From Octopus sinensis (lineage: Eukaryota): a DNA stretch of 64,000 nt. The position numbers and the translations under genes are program-made. The stretch spans positions 76,880,001-76,944,000 of the forward strand of contig NC_042999.1 in the NCBI RefSeq assembly GCF_006345805.1. Direction: 5' to 3'. The notes beneath the pieces were generated by a model, which made no database searches, had not been told where the DNA came from, and was given only the letters and a program-made list of their open reading frames with translations. The number at the start of each line of letters is the position of its first letter. Positions within the stretch are counted from its first letter, which is position 1. Shown piece after piece: positions 1 to 13,100 of this stretch.

Positions 1-1344
1 AAATTTTGTAGCAAGTGATTAATATCTAAATAATTTATAATAGAAAAAATGTTTATTTGAAAATACAAGGCGAACAAAATCAGAAAACATGATGTAAAAT
101 TCAAGAAATCAAAATTTTGCCAGAAATGTTTATATTCCACATCAATATATTACATTTCTTTATTTTTGATGACTTTAGTACATCTCCATCCACAGGATTT
201 GACCAATTTCTGACCACAATTTTATTCAATTCGTCCAGAACTTTTTCCCACAAAGTCGTAACATTCACAGGTCGGTGTTCCCTGATCATATTGCCAAGTA
301 TCTTCCATAAGTTTTCAATGGGATTTAGGTCATGGATCTGAGCTGACCAACGCATCACAATAATGTTTTCAGCTTCAAACACCTTAACTATTTTAGCACT
401 GTGATATGGAGCACTATCCTGCAGAAAGATTGGCTGACGAGTTGGCGATGACCTCATAGCTGGCACAACATGCTGCTGCAGAAAATGTTTTTGTACATGG
501 CTGAAATCATCCCCACACCATTAAACCCCTACCTCCAAATTTCACCGATTTCTTTACGCATTCAGGAAGCAATCTACCATGAGAGCCAACCAAATTGAAC
601 TTGCTTGCGTCACTGAAAAAGTTATGATCCGTCATAGTACTTGCTTGTTGGTAAAGACTAACCTCGCTTTTCGGTTCTTCATACTAATGAGAGGTTTCAT
701 GGTCGTAGATCGCGCATGTAGTCCGACTTCCTTCAAACAACGAGCCACAGTCTTCCGAGACATATTCATTCTGCAGTCACGATTTACTTGGCGAAAAATT
801 CCTGCAGCAGTATCGAAACAGTCGTTTAACGATAGCCACTGAATCAGTTTTGCCGAACACTTTTTCGTGGTCTCCCTGGTTTTCCTAATGACACAAACGA
901 GCTTGTTTCTTCATAATGCTTCAGTATTCTTGAAGCAACACTCTTTGATCTGTCAATGTCTCTGCCGACAACAGAAATTGCCATTCTTTCTTTTTCAATG
1001 TGACAGCTCGCCTCCTTGAGGCATTCAACTTTACATTGGCTTTACATTGGTTGTTAAAATCTTCGCACTGTTAGGTTATTTTGGTTTACATTGGCCGGAG
1101 TGTTGCCAGATTTTTCCTTTTTCAAATTTACACTTTACGTTCCTTAATTTTGTCCATCTTGTATATTTCAAATAAACATTTTCTCTACTATAAATTATTT
1201 AGTTACTAAGCACTTCCTACAAAATTTATTGAGAGTAATGAACATACTTTAAAGTAGATACAGTAAAAATCCCATTCAGAAAAATGAAGTAGAAATGTAA
1301 ATATCTTTAATTAGATTTTCGTTCTCTAATTTTGACCACCTCTG
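1..1344 (-). mobile_element. Tc1-family DNA transposon relic; other end lies beyond the window
   Basis: ORF 101-466(-) has Tc1 DDE motifs QDSAPYH (QDNAPxH) and WSAQIHDLNPIENLW (WPxxSPDLNPIENLW). Frameshifted N-terminal remnants lie at 600-1000. Minus-strand terminus CAGAGGTGGTCAAAATTAG ends at 1344, followed by TA and (TA)n. Confidence 0.9.
101..1000 (-). pseudogene. Tc1 transposase pseudogene
   Basis: DLNPIENLW motif; upstream frames read GLHARSTTMKPLISMKNRKARL, typical of the Tc1 HTH/linker; disrupted by frameshifts and stops. Confidence 0.85.
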
Positions 1345-1345
1345 T

Positions 1346-1382
<37 letters not shown>

Positions 1383-1557
1383 AAACAACTTAAAAATAAT
1401 GGTCATTATATATAATTCCTTTACTTGAGCAATCTTGGCTTTGTTTCCAGTAATCATTATAGGTAATTCAATTGGTCTATTGAGACAAATTGAACGACCT
1501 TAGAAAATCCTACTTTCGTCAGAGCCATTTTTGGACGTATAAGTATATATATAATAT

Positions 1558-1718
1558 ACGACGGGCTTTTTTCAATTTCCGTCAACTAAATCTACTTACA
1601 CGGCTCTGGTCGGCCATAAGGCTATAGTAGAAGACCCTTGTCCAGGTTCCACGCAGTGGGACTGAACCCGGACCCATGTGGTTGGGAAGCAAGCTTCTTA
1701 CCACACAGCCGCGCCTGC
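1558..1718 (-). mobile_element. SINE family A (tRNA-derived), head only
   Basis: Reverse complement matches the head GGCTGTGTGGTAAGAAGCTTGC...GGTTCAGTCCCACTGCGTGG of the copy at 31738. Confidence 0.85.
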
Positions 1719-2214
1719 ACCTCTCTTTACTTCGTTTCAATCTATCTACTAAACCAATCTCTAAACTTTTTTTTTATCCACCTCATTTCTGTTCATGCTT
1801 CTCTCTTTGTCTTCATTAACATCCCACCTCTTCTTTCTCTCACTCTGCCTTTCTCTTCCCCAGTCATTTCATTACGCTATCCCTCTTCCTTTACTCTCAC
1901 AGATTCTCTTTATATTTTTCTTGCTCATTCTTTTTTTTTTTTTTTTTTTCTCTGGCATGCTTTCTCTCAAGTTCTATTTTTCATACTTTTGAATTTAACC
2001 TCTTCTTTAAAACACCTTTTTATTCACTTTCCATTTTCGACAGTTGCTTGCCTCATTCTCTACTTCTTGTCTATCCATCTAGAGATATCTATCTCTTTAT
2101 CATCTATCTATATCACGCGTATGTGTGTACATATATATATGTGTATATAATATGGGTATATATATATATATGTGTGATATATATAGTATATAGATATATA
2201 TATATATATATATC

Positions 2215-2246
<32 letters not shown>

Positions 2247-2247
2247 C

Positions 2248-2578
2248 GCGAGAAAGAAGCAGCAACAAGAATGATAGGTTTTTAGTACGATCGTTTCATA
2301 CAAGGACAGGTTTTATTAAAAGTTGCAAAGATTACAGATATAAAACGAGTCCCGTACTCATCAGCTAAATACATGTAAGTTCTCTAGACACCTAGTGTTT
2401 GAGGATATACTCATGAAGTAATATAGATAATTAACAGATTTTTAAAGTTCATTAAAGTTCTTTAAAGATGATGTACAGTCTAATGCTGTAATATGCTGTA
2501 TCTTGCAACTTTTAATAAACTGTCTTGTATGAAACGATCGTACTAAAAACCTATCCATTCTTGTTGCTTCTTTCTCGC
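2248..2578. repeat. Inverted-repeat element (~85-bp arms), Penelope-like relic
   Basis: 2248-2338 is the reverse complement of 2496-2578; preceded by (TA)n; overlaps a hammerhead motif. Confidence 0.85.
2281..2369 (-). ncRNA. Type I hammerhead ribozyme motif with enlarged stem II
   Basis: Minus strand: TTTAG-CTGATGA-GTACGGGAC...GTCCTTGTAT-GAAAC-GATC-GTA-CTAAA. Stem I TTTAG/CTAAA; GUA cleavage triplet. Confidence 0.75.
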
Positions 2579-2720
2579 TATAATCACCCCACATTACTGT
2601 ATTGTTAAATCAGTATAGTTTTTTTGGGTGCATCTAAGTTAGGTACCATATTCAGTAACTTTTTTAAAATTAACTTGAATCTTTATTGCTCTTTGATATA
2701 TATATATTATATATAATATA

Positions 2721-3001
2721 GTGAGTTGTGAGCTCGAATACCGGACGGAGCTGGTGTTGTGTCATGAGCAAGGCACTTTCAGTTGCTCCATTCACTCAGC
2801 TGTAGAAATGAGTTGCGACGTCACAGGTGCCAAGCTGTATCGGCCCTTGCCTTTCCCTTGGACAACATCGGTGACGTGGAGAGGGGAGGCGGGTATGCAT
2901 GGGCGACTGCTGGTCTTCCATAAAAAAACCTTGCCAGACTTGTGCTCAGAGGGTATCTCTCTAGGTGCAAACCATGGTCAGTGCCTGACCGAAGGGGGTC
3001 T
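2721..3001 (+). mobile_element. SINE-like family D
   Basis: Block GCTGTAGAAATGAGTTGCGACGTCACAGGTGCCAAG...GACCGAAGGGGGTC is repeated at 33325-33532; embedded in (TA)n. Confidence 0.75.
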
Positions 3002-3019
3002 TTACTTTCTTATATATAC

Positions 3020-3054
<35 letters not shown>

Positions 3055-3144
3055 ATATATAATATATATTAATATATATATATATATATACATACATATA
3101 TATATCTACAAACACATACACACATGGCGTAGATATAATATATA

Positions 3145-3504
3145 TTCTCTCTCTCTCCTTCTCTCTCTCACTCCCCCTCCCTCCCTCTCTATTTATCTTC
3201 TTTTGTCCGCCCCCGCCAACTCTCTCGCTCTCTTTTATAATAAGTTCACTGTATCAAATATTATGCTCACTTTCACCCTTCTATTACGAAACTAATATCA
3301 CATTCATTTTCTCTCTCTCTCTCTCACTCTCTCTCTCTCCCTCTTTCTCTCTACCCTCTCTGTTTCTCCGTACACCATATTTTCACTTCTCTTTCACTCT
3401 GTTTTATGCACCTATCTTCATCTTCGTTTGTCTCTCTCTCTCTCTCCACTCTCCCTCTCTCTCTCCCACTCTCCCTTTCTCTCTCTCCTACTACCTCTCT
3501 CTCC

Positions 3505-3536
<32 letters not shown>

Positions 3537-4030
3537 TACACACACGCACTCCCTCTGTCTCTCTCACACATACATACACACACACGCACTCGCACACATA
3601 CACATACACTGATTCTTTTGACTGTTACTGTGTTTGCAGGAGGCAGGAGTATGTCTGTAAGTTCAAGTAATAGCTTATATATTAATATATATTATATATA
3701 TATAATATATATATATATATAATATATATATATTATAAACGTAACTCTAAACTCTTACTGCTTGCTTTTTTCTTTCAAAAACCAATCTTTCTCTCTCTCC
3801 CTCTCTCTCTTTCTTCACTCTCTTTTTTTTCCCACTTTCTCTTTATCTCTTTTTCTCGCACACCATTTTTGTCTCTCTACCAATCACTCCTCTTTTTCTA
3901 TCTTTATTCTCCCACTCGCTTTCTTTCTCTATTTTTCATATTTCCTCACACCTATTTGTCTTTCTCTTAAGTTTTTCCTTTTCTGTCGCTCTATTTCTAC
4001 CTCTCTATCGTCCTCCTTCACACTCTTCAT
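3145..4030 (+). repeat. (CT)n/pyrimidine-rich low-complexity tract
   Basis: Degenerate (CT)n with (CA)n and (TA)n patches. Confidence 0.9.
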
Positions 4031-4039
4031 CACAGGCTT

Positions 4040-5022
4040 TCTGTTATTCATTTTATTGCGATTGTTGTTGCTACCGCTCATCTATTGTTGCAACAATTGC
4101 AATTACAGGTGTTGTTGCAAGTGTTTCTGTTGTTGTTGCCGCTGCAGTGTTATTGCTATTGTTGTTGTTTAAGCTGCTGTTGGTGTTGTTGTATTGCTAC
4201 TGTTGATGCTACTATTATTTTTGTTCTTGTTGTGACTACATTGTTGTTAATTTTGCTGCTGTTATTGCTATTACTCCTGTTGTTACGGTTATTGTCGTTG
4301 CTACTGTAGTAGAGTTGCTAATATTGTTGTTGTCGTCGTTGTTGTTGTTGCTGCTGCTGCTCCTGTATTGTTCCTGTTTCGTTGTTATTGTTATTGTTGC
4401 TATTGTTGAAGTTATTGTCGTTGCTGCTGCAATGCTGTTGCTTTTACTACAATTGTTGTTGCTAATGTTGATATTATTGTTGTAGCTACTACAGTTGTAT
4501 AATATTGTTGATACTGCAATATTGTTGCTATTCCTGCTACTATGTTGTTGCTATTTAGTTGCTTCCTTTGCTGTTGCTTTTGCTGTTATTGTTTTTGCTA
4601 CTGCAGTGGTGTTGCTAACATGTTTGTTACTACAGTGTTGTTGCTAATTTGTTGTTACTGTTCTCGCTGCTATTGTTGTTATTGCCATTGCTGCTGCAGT
4701 GGTATAATAGTGTTGCTACAGTAGCATTGTTGCTATTTTGTGATTACAATTGTCGTTGATATTGTTGTTATTGCCGCTATAGTAGCGTTGTTGCTATTTT
4801 GTGATTACTGTTGTCGTTGCTATTGTTGTTATTGCAGTTACCGCCGCAGTGGTATAATATTATTGCTATAGCTGTGTAAATGTCACTGCAGTTTTGATGC
4901 TGCTACTTTTGATGATGTTGTTGTTGTTGTTGTTGCTGTTGATACTGCTGTTATTACGACACCTACCGGTGTTGTTGTTGTTACTATTGCAGTTCTTGTT
5001 ATGGCTGCTGCTGCTACTGTTG
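4040..5022 (+). repeat. ~1-kb degenerate (GTT/GCT/ATT)n trinucleotide tract
   Basis: Continuous TGT TGT TGC TAT-type repeats; source of the poly-Leu/Cys ORFs. Confidence 0.9.
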
Positions 5023-5289
5023 ATGCGTGTGTATACGTGTATATGTATGTGTCTATACATGTCTGTATATGATCGGTTATTTAGAAAACACACACACACA
5101 CACACACACAAGTACACCTTCACCACCATCTTAACATACATACTATTATATATTTAATACATCCCCTTATCTACAATTACAGCTTTTACGCCAATCCACG
5201 ATCACCGCCAAAAATAACTACCCTGGTTCTCCCCTGTAACAAGCGTTGTTACTGCTACTTTTGTCATTACACGTGGAACCACTTCATAC

Positions 5290-6154
5290 CTATCTCTTTC
5301 TCGTGTCTCTCCCTGTCTATCTATATTTCTCTCTATTTCTCTCTCTTCTATGTATACATGTATTTTCTTCTATTACCTATCTATCTCTAAGTTTATCATT
5401 CTTCCTCTCTAATCTTTCGGTCTATCAATCCAACTTTGGGTCTGCTTTACCTATCTCATTCCATGTCTGTATGTCTGTCTATCTATCGATAAATCCATCA
5501 AGCTATGTGCCAGTCAATATATCTATCAATACTCTTTTCTCTCTCACTCCGCTTAGCCTCTCTCTCTCTCTTTCTCTCCCTCTTTCTTTCTCTCCCTCTC
5601 TCTGTTTCTTTCGCTTTTTCTCCCTCTGTCTAACTTTCTACCTAATCGATTTATCTGGGTTTCTTTTCCCGTGTCCCTCTCTCGCTCTGATTTACTGCAC
5701 CTCTGTATTTCTCTCTCCCACTCTCTCCTTCTCTCTCTAAAACTCATTCACTCTCTATCTGCCTCTCTTTCTCTTTCTCTCCCTTATGCTCTCTCTCTCT
5801 CACTCACTCTCCATCTTCCTCTCACTTTCTCTCTCTTACGAGCTCTCTCTATCACTCTCACACACACACTCTCTCTCTCTCTCTCTTTCTCTCCTACCTG
5901 ACCGCATACATACATTCGCATACAGAGAGGAATACACACTTAGCGTACACACAACAAACATTCAAACACTCAAATCATAGATAGATAGATAGATAGATAG
6001 TAGATAGATAGATAGATAGATAGATAGATACATACATACATACATACATACATACATACATACATACATACATACATACATACATACACACAAACACTCA
6101 CCCCTCCTTATGTCATTTTCCTTTTGCTCTCTCTCTTACCAGTTCTCTTCTTGT

Positions 6155-6220
<66 letters not shown>

Positions 6221-6225
6221 GCTCT
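5290..6225 (+). repeat. (CT)n, (GATA)n and (CATA)n compound microsatellites
   Basis: Direct inspection. Confidence 0.9.
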
Positions 6226-6482
6226 TGATCTTTCTTCCTGTCTGTAGTGCACACTCTGACACATTACACTCATACATCTTAGAGAACAAGTACATTCATA
6301 CACAACCAAATACATCGTTTTTTTTTCTTCCTTCTTTTAAAAAAAAATATTTATTTCGCAGTTACCCTGTACCAACATCCCATTCACAAACACGTCTTCT
6401 CAAACAGGCACTCACAAAACTAAATAACAGAAGGCTCCCGAGCACACTGATTCAGTCACAGCCAAACGTGCACCTTCATATT

Positions 6483-6515
<33 letters not shown>

Positions 6516-6520
6516 ATACA

Positions 6521-6556
<36 letters not shown>

Positions 6557-6912
6557 GTACACATTGGTAGAACGCTTCAATTAAGTACATACATACATAC
6601 ACACTCACACAAACACACACAGTGCATACACCCATGTCATTTCATATGTGCATACAGATGAATGCACACACATACAGAACAAATAATAGATCAAGACATA
6701 CATGCACATCACATCAAATACACATTTCTCCCTAACTTTCAGTGCCCTCTTCTAGATGTCTCTCTCTTTTCCCTTAATAGTACACACGTACAGTAAACGG
6801 ATATGAGAGAGAGGGAGGAGGGCTGACAACGAAAATGAGCGACAGGGCTTGCTGTAGATTTATACTAGTATATATTAACAGAGTGACTCAAAGTCCAAGA
6901 GTTTCGAATACT

Positions 6913-6971
<59 letters not shown>

Positions 6972-7096
6972 TATATATATCAATAATAACAAAGGGTAAA
7001 ATTAATTAATTAACTAGTAATCAATAATTTCACCAAGTAGAATTCGGCATGAAAAGGGACCATTTCTCGGTAAACTTAAGTAATATTTTATAATTA

Positions 7097-7178
7097 GGGT
7101 TCAGCAAAGATTTGCTTTACCACATACCGAAGTTTAGAAATACCACAGAAATGTGGTAAAGCAAATCTTTGCTGAACC
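7097..7178. repeat. Hairpin/inverted repeat (~27-bp arms) within a (TA)n-flanked repeat
   Basis: GGTTCAGCAAAGATTTGCTTTACCACA pairs with TGTGGTAAAGCAAATCTTTGCTGAACC; related sequence at ~47550-47610. Confidence 0.85.
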
Positions 7179-7215
7179 TTATATATATATTAATATATAT
7201 ATATATATATATATA

Positions 7216-7271
<56 letters not shown>

Positions 7272-7651
7272 CAAAAGAGAGAAATAAAAATGAGAAGTAG
7301 GAAGAGGAAAATACAGAGACAAAGGCGGAGGGAGAATACATTTACATCTGTATAGATACTTACAGATACATTTAAGATACATATTAAGATAGAAAGACGG
7401 CACATGAAACATTCTCTGACGCCCACATTTAAAAATACACTCACACACGCACACACGCAAACACTCTTCGTACATCACAAATACAATGTTCTCTAATGGA
7501 TGACACGTTATGTTGACGCATTGACATCTCATCCATGTTACTTCGTCACACCATTAGGTATTCCGTCATAGACTCACAAACACTATATACCGCGTACACA
7601 CACGCATACGCGTATATAACATACGCGCGTGCACATATAGATAACTATGTA

Positions 7652-8067
7652 TTGGGTTATGGAATAATTCACATTTAAAAATGCCCGCAGAAATGAAACG
7701 TATTGGCAAAATGTTTTATGTTATTTGAGAGAGTAGTGTGTTTTGAGTTTTTAACTTTATTGATTTTTGTGTATTTTCAGATCATTAAAATAGAATGTCA
7801 AATGGACAAAAACTGAGCATTTTCGACACCATTTGCTTTTTGCATTTAATCGAGGTATTAAGCGCGCCGATGTTGCTCGTGAGATTTGTGCTGTGTATGG
7901 AGAAGAAACAATGCTTCGAAGTACCTCCCGCTGTTGGTTTTCGCGCTTCAAAAATGGGAATTTTGACCTCAAAGACGGTTCACTTAACGGTCGACAAATG
8001 TGTCTTATTTCTGCGCGCATTTTTAAATTTGAAAAAAAAAACGCTCATGAATTATTCCTCAACCTAA
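7652..8067 (+). mobile_element. Internally deleted mariner element (MITE-like)
   Basis: TIRs TTGGGTTATGGAATAATTCA / TGAATTATTCCTCAACCTAA with TA on both sides. Encodes the mariner N-terminal HTH FAFNRGIKRADVAREICAVYGEETM..WFSRFKNGNFDLKD..GR. Confidence 0.9.
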
Positions 8068-8096
8068 TATATACATATATTATTCTATACATCTTT

Positions 8097-8256
8097 TATC
8101 TTTTACTTGTTTCAGTCATTAGAATACGGCCATACTGGGGCACCGGCTTGAAGAATTGTAACCGAATCGACCCCAGTCCTTATTTTTATTCTAAACCTGG
8201 TACTTCTATTGCCGAACGTTACGGGAACGGAAACACATCAACGTAGATTGTCAAAG
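8097..8256 (-). mobile_element. SINE family A, 3' tail fragment
   Basis: CTTTTACTTGTTTCAGTCATT...CGACCCCAG matches the reverse complement of the family A tail. Confidence 0.75.
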
Positions 8257-8519
8257 ACACACACACACACACACACACACATGCATATATATATATATAT
8301 ATACATATCTTTTAATTTGTTTACAGGAAACCTTTTAAATATGCAAATCAAGCTCTTATTCCATTATACCGACCAGTCAAATGATGGTGACTGGTGAACC
8401 AGTTTTGGGGATTGAATCGAGCGATATCGATATAATGTAGGATAAATATAGTAATAATAACAATAATCTTTGGATGGAATTTATAAACAATTAATGCATC
8501 TAAAGATTATTGTTGTTAT

Positions 8520-8556
<37 letters not shown>

Positions 8557-8619
8557 TGTATGTATGTATGTATTGTATGTAGTATGTATGTATGTACGTA
8601 TGTATGTACAACACATTTT

Positions 8620-8805
8620 TGCCAGCTGAGTGAACTGTATTTCAAAGGGACGGCATTGTCACTCTCTGTGTCACGCCTCTGAGAACTACATTAGGGGTAT
8701 GCGTGTCTGTGGATTGCTCAGTCACTTGCACGTTAATTTCACGAGCAGGCTGTTCCGATGATCTTATCAGCTGGGACCCTCGTCGCCGTAACCGACGGCG
8801 TGCTC
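8620..8805. repeat. GC-richer interspersed repeat fragment, probably SINE-like
   Basis: GC-elevated block between (TATG)n tracts; CAGCTGAGTGAA resembles the reverse complement of family D TTCACTCAGCTG. Confidence 0.4.
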
Positions 8806-8840
8806 CTATTGTATGTATGTATTGTGTGTGCGTGTGTGTA

Positions 8841-9242
8841 TACGACGGGCTTTTTTCAGTTTCCGTCTACCAAATCCACTCACATGGCCTTCGTCTGCTC
8901 GAGCAGAAGATACTTGTCCAAGCTGTAACGCAATGGGTTCTGAATCCTGAACAATATGGTTGGGAAGCAAACTTTTTACCACACTGCCAATCCCGTGCTT
9001 GTATGCATATTCCTTTATTTTTTATTCTCTTACTTGTTTCAGTCATTTGACAGCGGTCATACTGGAGCATCGTTGTGGTCGAGCAAATCGACCCCAGGAC
9101 CTATTCTTTGTAAGCCTAGTACTTATTCTATTGGTCTCTTTTGCCGAACCACTAAGTTGCGGGGACGAAAACACACAACCATCGGTTGTCAAGCGATGTT
9201 CGGGGGACAAACACAGGCACACAAACATATACACACATATAC

Positions 9243-9302
<60 letters not shown>

Positions 9303-9337
9303 CACACACGCACATATATATACATGTGCATGTATGT

Positions 9338-9372
<35 letters not shown>

Positions 9373-9497
9373 CATACATAGGGCAGCTTTCTTTTAGTTT
9401 CCGTCTACCAAATCCACTCACAAGGCTTTGGTCGGCCCGCAGTGGGGCTGAACCCGGAACCATGTGGTTAGTAAGCAAACTACTTACCACACAGCCA
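8841..9497 (-). mobile_element. Two adjacent SINE family A copies (8841-9000 head; 9025-9497 with internal microsatellite)
   Basis: TTTCAGTTTCCGTCTACCAAATCCACTCAC motif twice, plus the family A tail. Confidence 0.85.
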
Positions 9498-9770
9498 TAT
9501 ATATATCAATGTTTTTAAGTTATATGTGAAAACACATTCAGCATTTAATTGAAGTATTAATACGTTTTTATAAGTGCATATTAATTTTTGTCAGTGATTA
9601 CTATGTCAATTATTTCATTGTAAAAAATTTCATATATACATTGGAACTGAAGCTCTATTCCCTAGAGAGAAAGCGTGAAAATGTGCAGTGATATCCTCCG
9701 TCTAGAATAAGGACCTAGTACTGTAACAGCTTGGATTTTAAGGATCCACATCTGTTCAACATTCTGCCGC

Positions 9771-9802
<32 letters not shown>

Positions 9803-9824
9803 ATATATATATATATATATATAT

Positions 9825-9859
<35 letters not shown>

Positions 9860-9939
9860 AATTATAAATAAATAAAACATATGCATATATACATACATAT
9901 ATGTATGTACCTACTTCTACATGTATATATACATGCATA

Positions 9940-10103
9940 TATGGGTACAGGACACCAAAAAATCGTCGAACAGGATGAGAAACGAAAACATAAACACAAA
10001 ACCAAGGAATTGGACATTTTTCTTAAACAACGAAAAAATAGAGTACAGGACATACAATACAAGGAAAATTCTTCAGTCGCCTTTGTTTCATCCACTCCGC
10101 GTT

Positions 10104-10144
<41 letters not shown>

Positions 10145-10300
10145 CAAAATGGGACAAGAACGCAAAATATCCGGACAGCTAGATGATACAGAAAGGAACA
10201 ACAAAACAGACAGATAGACGATACAAAGAAAACAAGGACAGGTCATTCGAAGTTTTCTATCTTTAGTCAAGCACCAGATTATCCTCGCAATTTCGGCTAT
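9940..10300. repeat. Two purine-rich repeat fragments split by (TA)n, possibly Penelope-like relics
   Basis: Complex blocks in (TA)n with similar starts (GGGTACAGGAC / GGGACAAGAAC). Confidence 0.35.
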
Positions 10301-10301
10301 C

Positions 10302-10333
<32 letters not shown>

Positions 10334-10334
<1 letters not shown>

Positions 10335-10732
10335 CTTTATATATAAAAGTGAGGTTGTGTGCTGTCTGTCTCCTACGATTTAGATTCCTAACTACTCCCA
10401 CATTTTGCGGTGCAGTTTAACCAAAACCGGGTATCTTATAGTCGTGATTCATATCGAGCCCTTCTGGGTATTAGCGCGCGTCTACGATGAGTCTACGATT
10501 TAAAAAAAAAATTACCATCAATTTTCCCCATTTTTAATGCATTTTTGGCTTATATAAGGGAAGTAACTCTCTAAAAATTTATTATTAAATCTCAGAACGT
10601 AAAAAGCTACATTAACACCCCCCCCCCTTTGTGGTTAGTCATATTGAGATGGCTATTATACTTTACATCTCTAAAAATGCTTATATAGTTATTTCCCTTA
10701 CAAACCCGAGCAACGCCGGGCGATACTGCTAG
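10334..10732 (+). mobile_element. Non-autonomous Helitron
   Basis: 5' TC start (TCTTTATATATAAAAG); 3' hairpin CCCGAGCAACGCCGGG then CTAG terminus; inserted between A and T without a TSD. Confidence 0.85.
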
Positions 10733-10749
10733 TATATATATATAACTGC

Positions 10750-11122
10750 GATTCAGTTGAATTAGGTACTTAAGTTGTGGCACCAAGTGAGTCCGGTATT
10801 ATCCGCATGTCTCGAAGTAAGGTGAATAAAAAGTAAATAACTAACAAGGATGTCCAGGTATCAGCGCATTATGGCCGTTTCAGGCGGCTCCATTTAATCG
10901 ATCAGTGCCTGCATTACATCAGTTTGAAATACACCGCCTTCCTCGGTTGCATAAAACCATATAGGTTTTCAACATACAGGATATAATTTTTTTAGCAAAT
11001 TATTCATCGGAACTTAAGAATAAAAGAATTACATGCTTGTTGCTAAATGGAGCCACCTGAAACGGCCGTAATGCACTAATACCTGAACGTACTTGTTACT
11101 TACATGCTTTTTAATCACCTTA
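10750..11122. repeat. Inverted-repeat element, Penelope-like relic with degenerate hammerhead
   Basis: Arms 10818-10897 and 11044-11122. Minus strand 10866-10951: CCGAGGA-AGGCGG...CCGCCT-GAAAC-GGCC-ATA. Second family copy at ~46795-47030. Confidence 0.75.
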
Positions 11123-11151
11123 TATGTATACATACATACATACATACACAC

Positions 11152-11560
11152 AACGATCATTTTGGCTTATTTCTGCACTGCTTCCTAGTGGGTGGGGATC
11201 GATATAATAGAATCGAATGCACCCAATAGTACAGAATAAGCCTCTTCAGGTTACATAATAGGCTTCAGTGTTATAAGATGTACATTTCGCTAATATGTGT
11301 TGATAGCATACGTGGGTTTTTAGTAGTTCACAAATATATTATTGAGGTAGAATAACCGGCGTATATTCGAGGAATCGTTGATAAAGAATACAAAAATCCG
11401 ATGCAAGGATGAATAGGATGATCAGAATGGCTTTTGTATGTAAAGCACTCTAAACGTTGTAGAGTGCTTTGATGGTTGATCATGCGTGTCATTCGTCACA
11501 ACGTGGTCGAGAATTTGGTGGGGGTGTAATTCACCTCTTTAGGCTTGGTGGCTGGCCAAT
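11152..11560 (-). mobile_element. Probable Penelope-like relic ending in a degenerate hammerhead
   Basis: Minus strand: CTGAAGA-GGCTTATT...AATAAGCC-AAAAT-GATC-GT, with GAAAC decayed by two transitions. Confidence 0.45.
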
Positions 11561-11570
11561 GTTATATTTT

Positions 11571-11629
<59 letters not shown>

Positions 11630-12298
11630 GTGTGTGTATGTATATACACATACACCCATATAAATATACTTATACATATACACACATAGATATGTATGCA
11701 TATATATATATATATGCATATATATGTGTATATATATAAATATGCATACGTATATATACATACAGATATATATATATATACACATATATATATATATATA
11801 TATATACATATATATTATATATATGTAAATATATATATCTACACATATATTATATATGCGTGTGTGTGTTTGTGTGTGTGTGTGCATGAGGAGAAAAGCT
11901 TCTCATACTCGCCATATTAAAAACAAGACTTAACTCATAAAACCCATGAAAAATCAAAACAGTTTTACTTCGTCATTCACCAGTAAAAAGCTAGAAAAAA
12001 TATCACACAAAAACCATCCTTTATTGTAGTCAATAAAGGATGTACAAAGAATTTAGTGGCACAAATTCAGAATTTAATACAAATTTATCACATCATAGCA
12101 AATACGATATACAAACAAAATAAAGATAAAACACACGCATACGGACATTTAATGTTATCAAATCTCCTCTTGGTTAGATGTCCACAAAATACAACATGCA
12201 TTATATCCAATCATAAACTACCATGAAAAAGATTTTTTTGTTAAAATTTTCAACAACGTACCTCAAACCTGCAAGCCGTTGTATAAATTCAGTTGATT

Positions 12299-12370
<72 letters not shown>

Positions 12371-12387
12371 CATATATATATATAGAT

Positions 12388-12451
<64 letters not shown>

Positions 12452-13066
12452 TTATTCATATACAAAGATCAAAGTTTTAAACTTCATAATTTCATAAATA
12501 ACATTGAACAAACAAATTTCAGTTTTTTCTCTGATTTACAATGCATTTGAAATTTTTTTTAAATAAACATTGCATTCTATTATTTTATATACAACTCAAA
12601 AGAAAACAAGACTTTTTGAAAATATTAGATGGTACCACAACTATCTTATACAGATATTTTCAAAAGAGAAAGGTATTTGGTCATAGGAAATATGCTAATA
12701 GCAAAATTTGAGGTTCAACTCAGCATAGCACACATTTGAACGAACTAAAATCAGGCAATTTCAATAAAATATTTCCTAAACAAAAATTGAAAGCTGACGT
12801 CGGTAGTCAAAAAGTTTTTAAGCCCGTTCTGTGATTCTCCTATGAATTATACCGATGTTTCTCACCCCAACATTAAATTGGCAATTAGAGCCAAAAGTAG
12901 AATTATTCCCAATAAAAGATAAGGTAAGGAGGATCTTGAAATAACGATTAACCAAGGAAATATATTGGTAAAAAAATGTGTACAGAGAAAATGCATAAGA
13001 TTATAAGATCTTTAAAATTTATATAAAAAATATGTAATATTTTTACTCTGTGTGTGTGTGTGTGTG

Positions 13067-13100
<34 letters not shown>

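Noticed and set aside
10070-10300. CTGAAGA and GAAAC motifs on the minus strand
   Set aside because: Order and stems could not be assembled into a convincing hammerhead.
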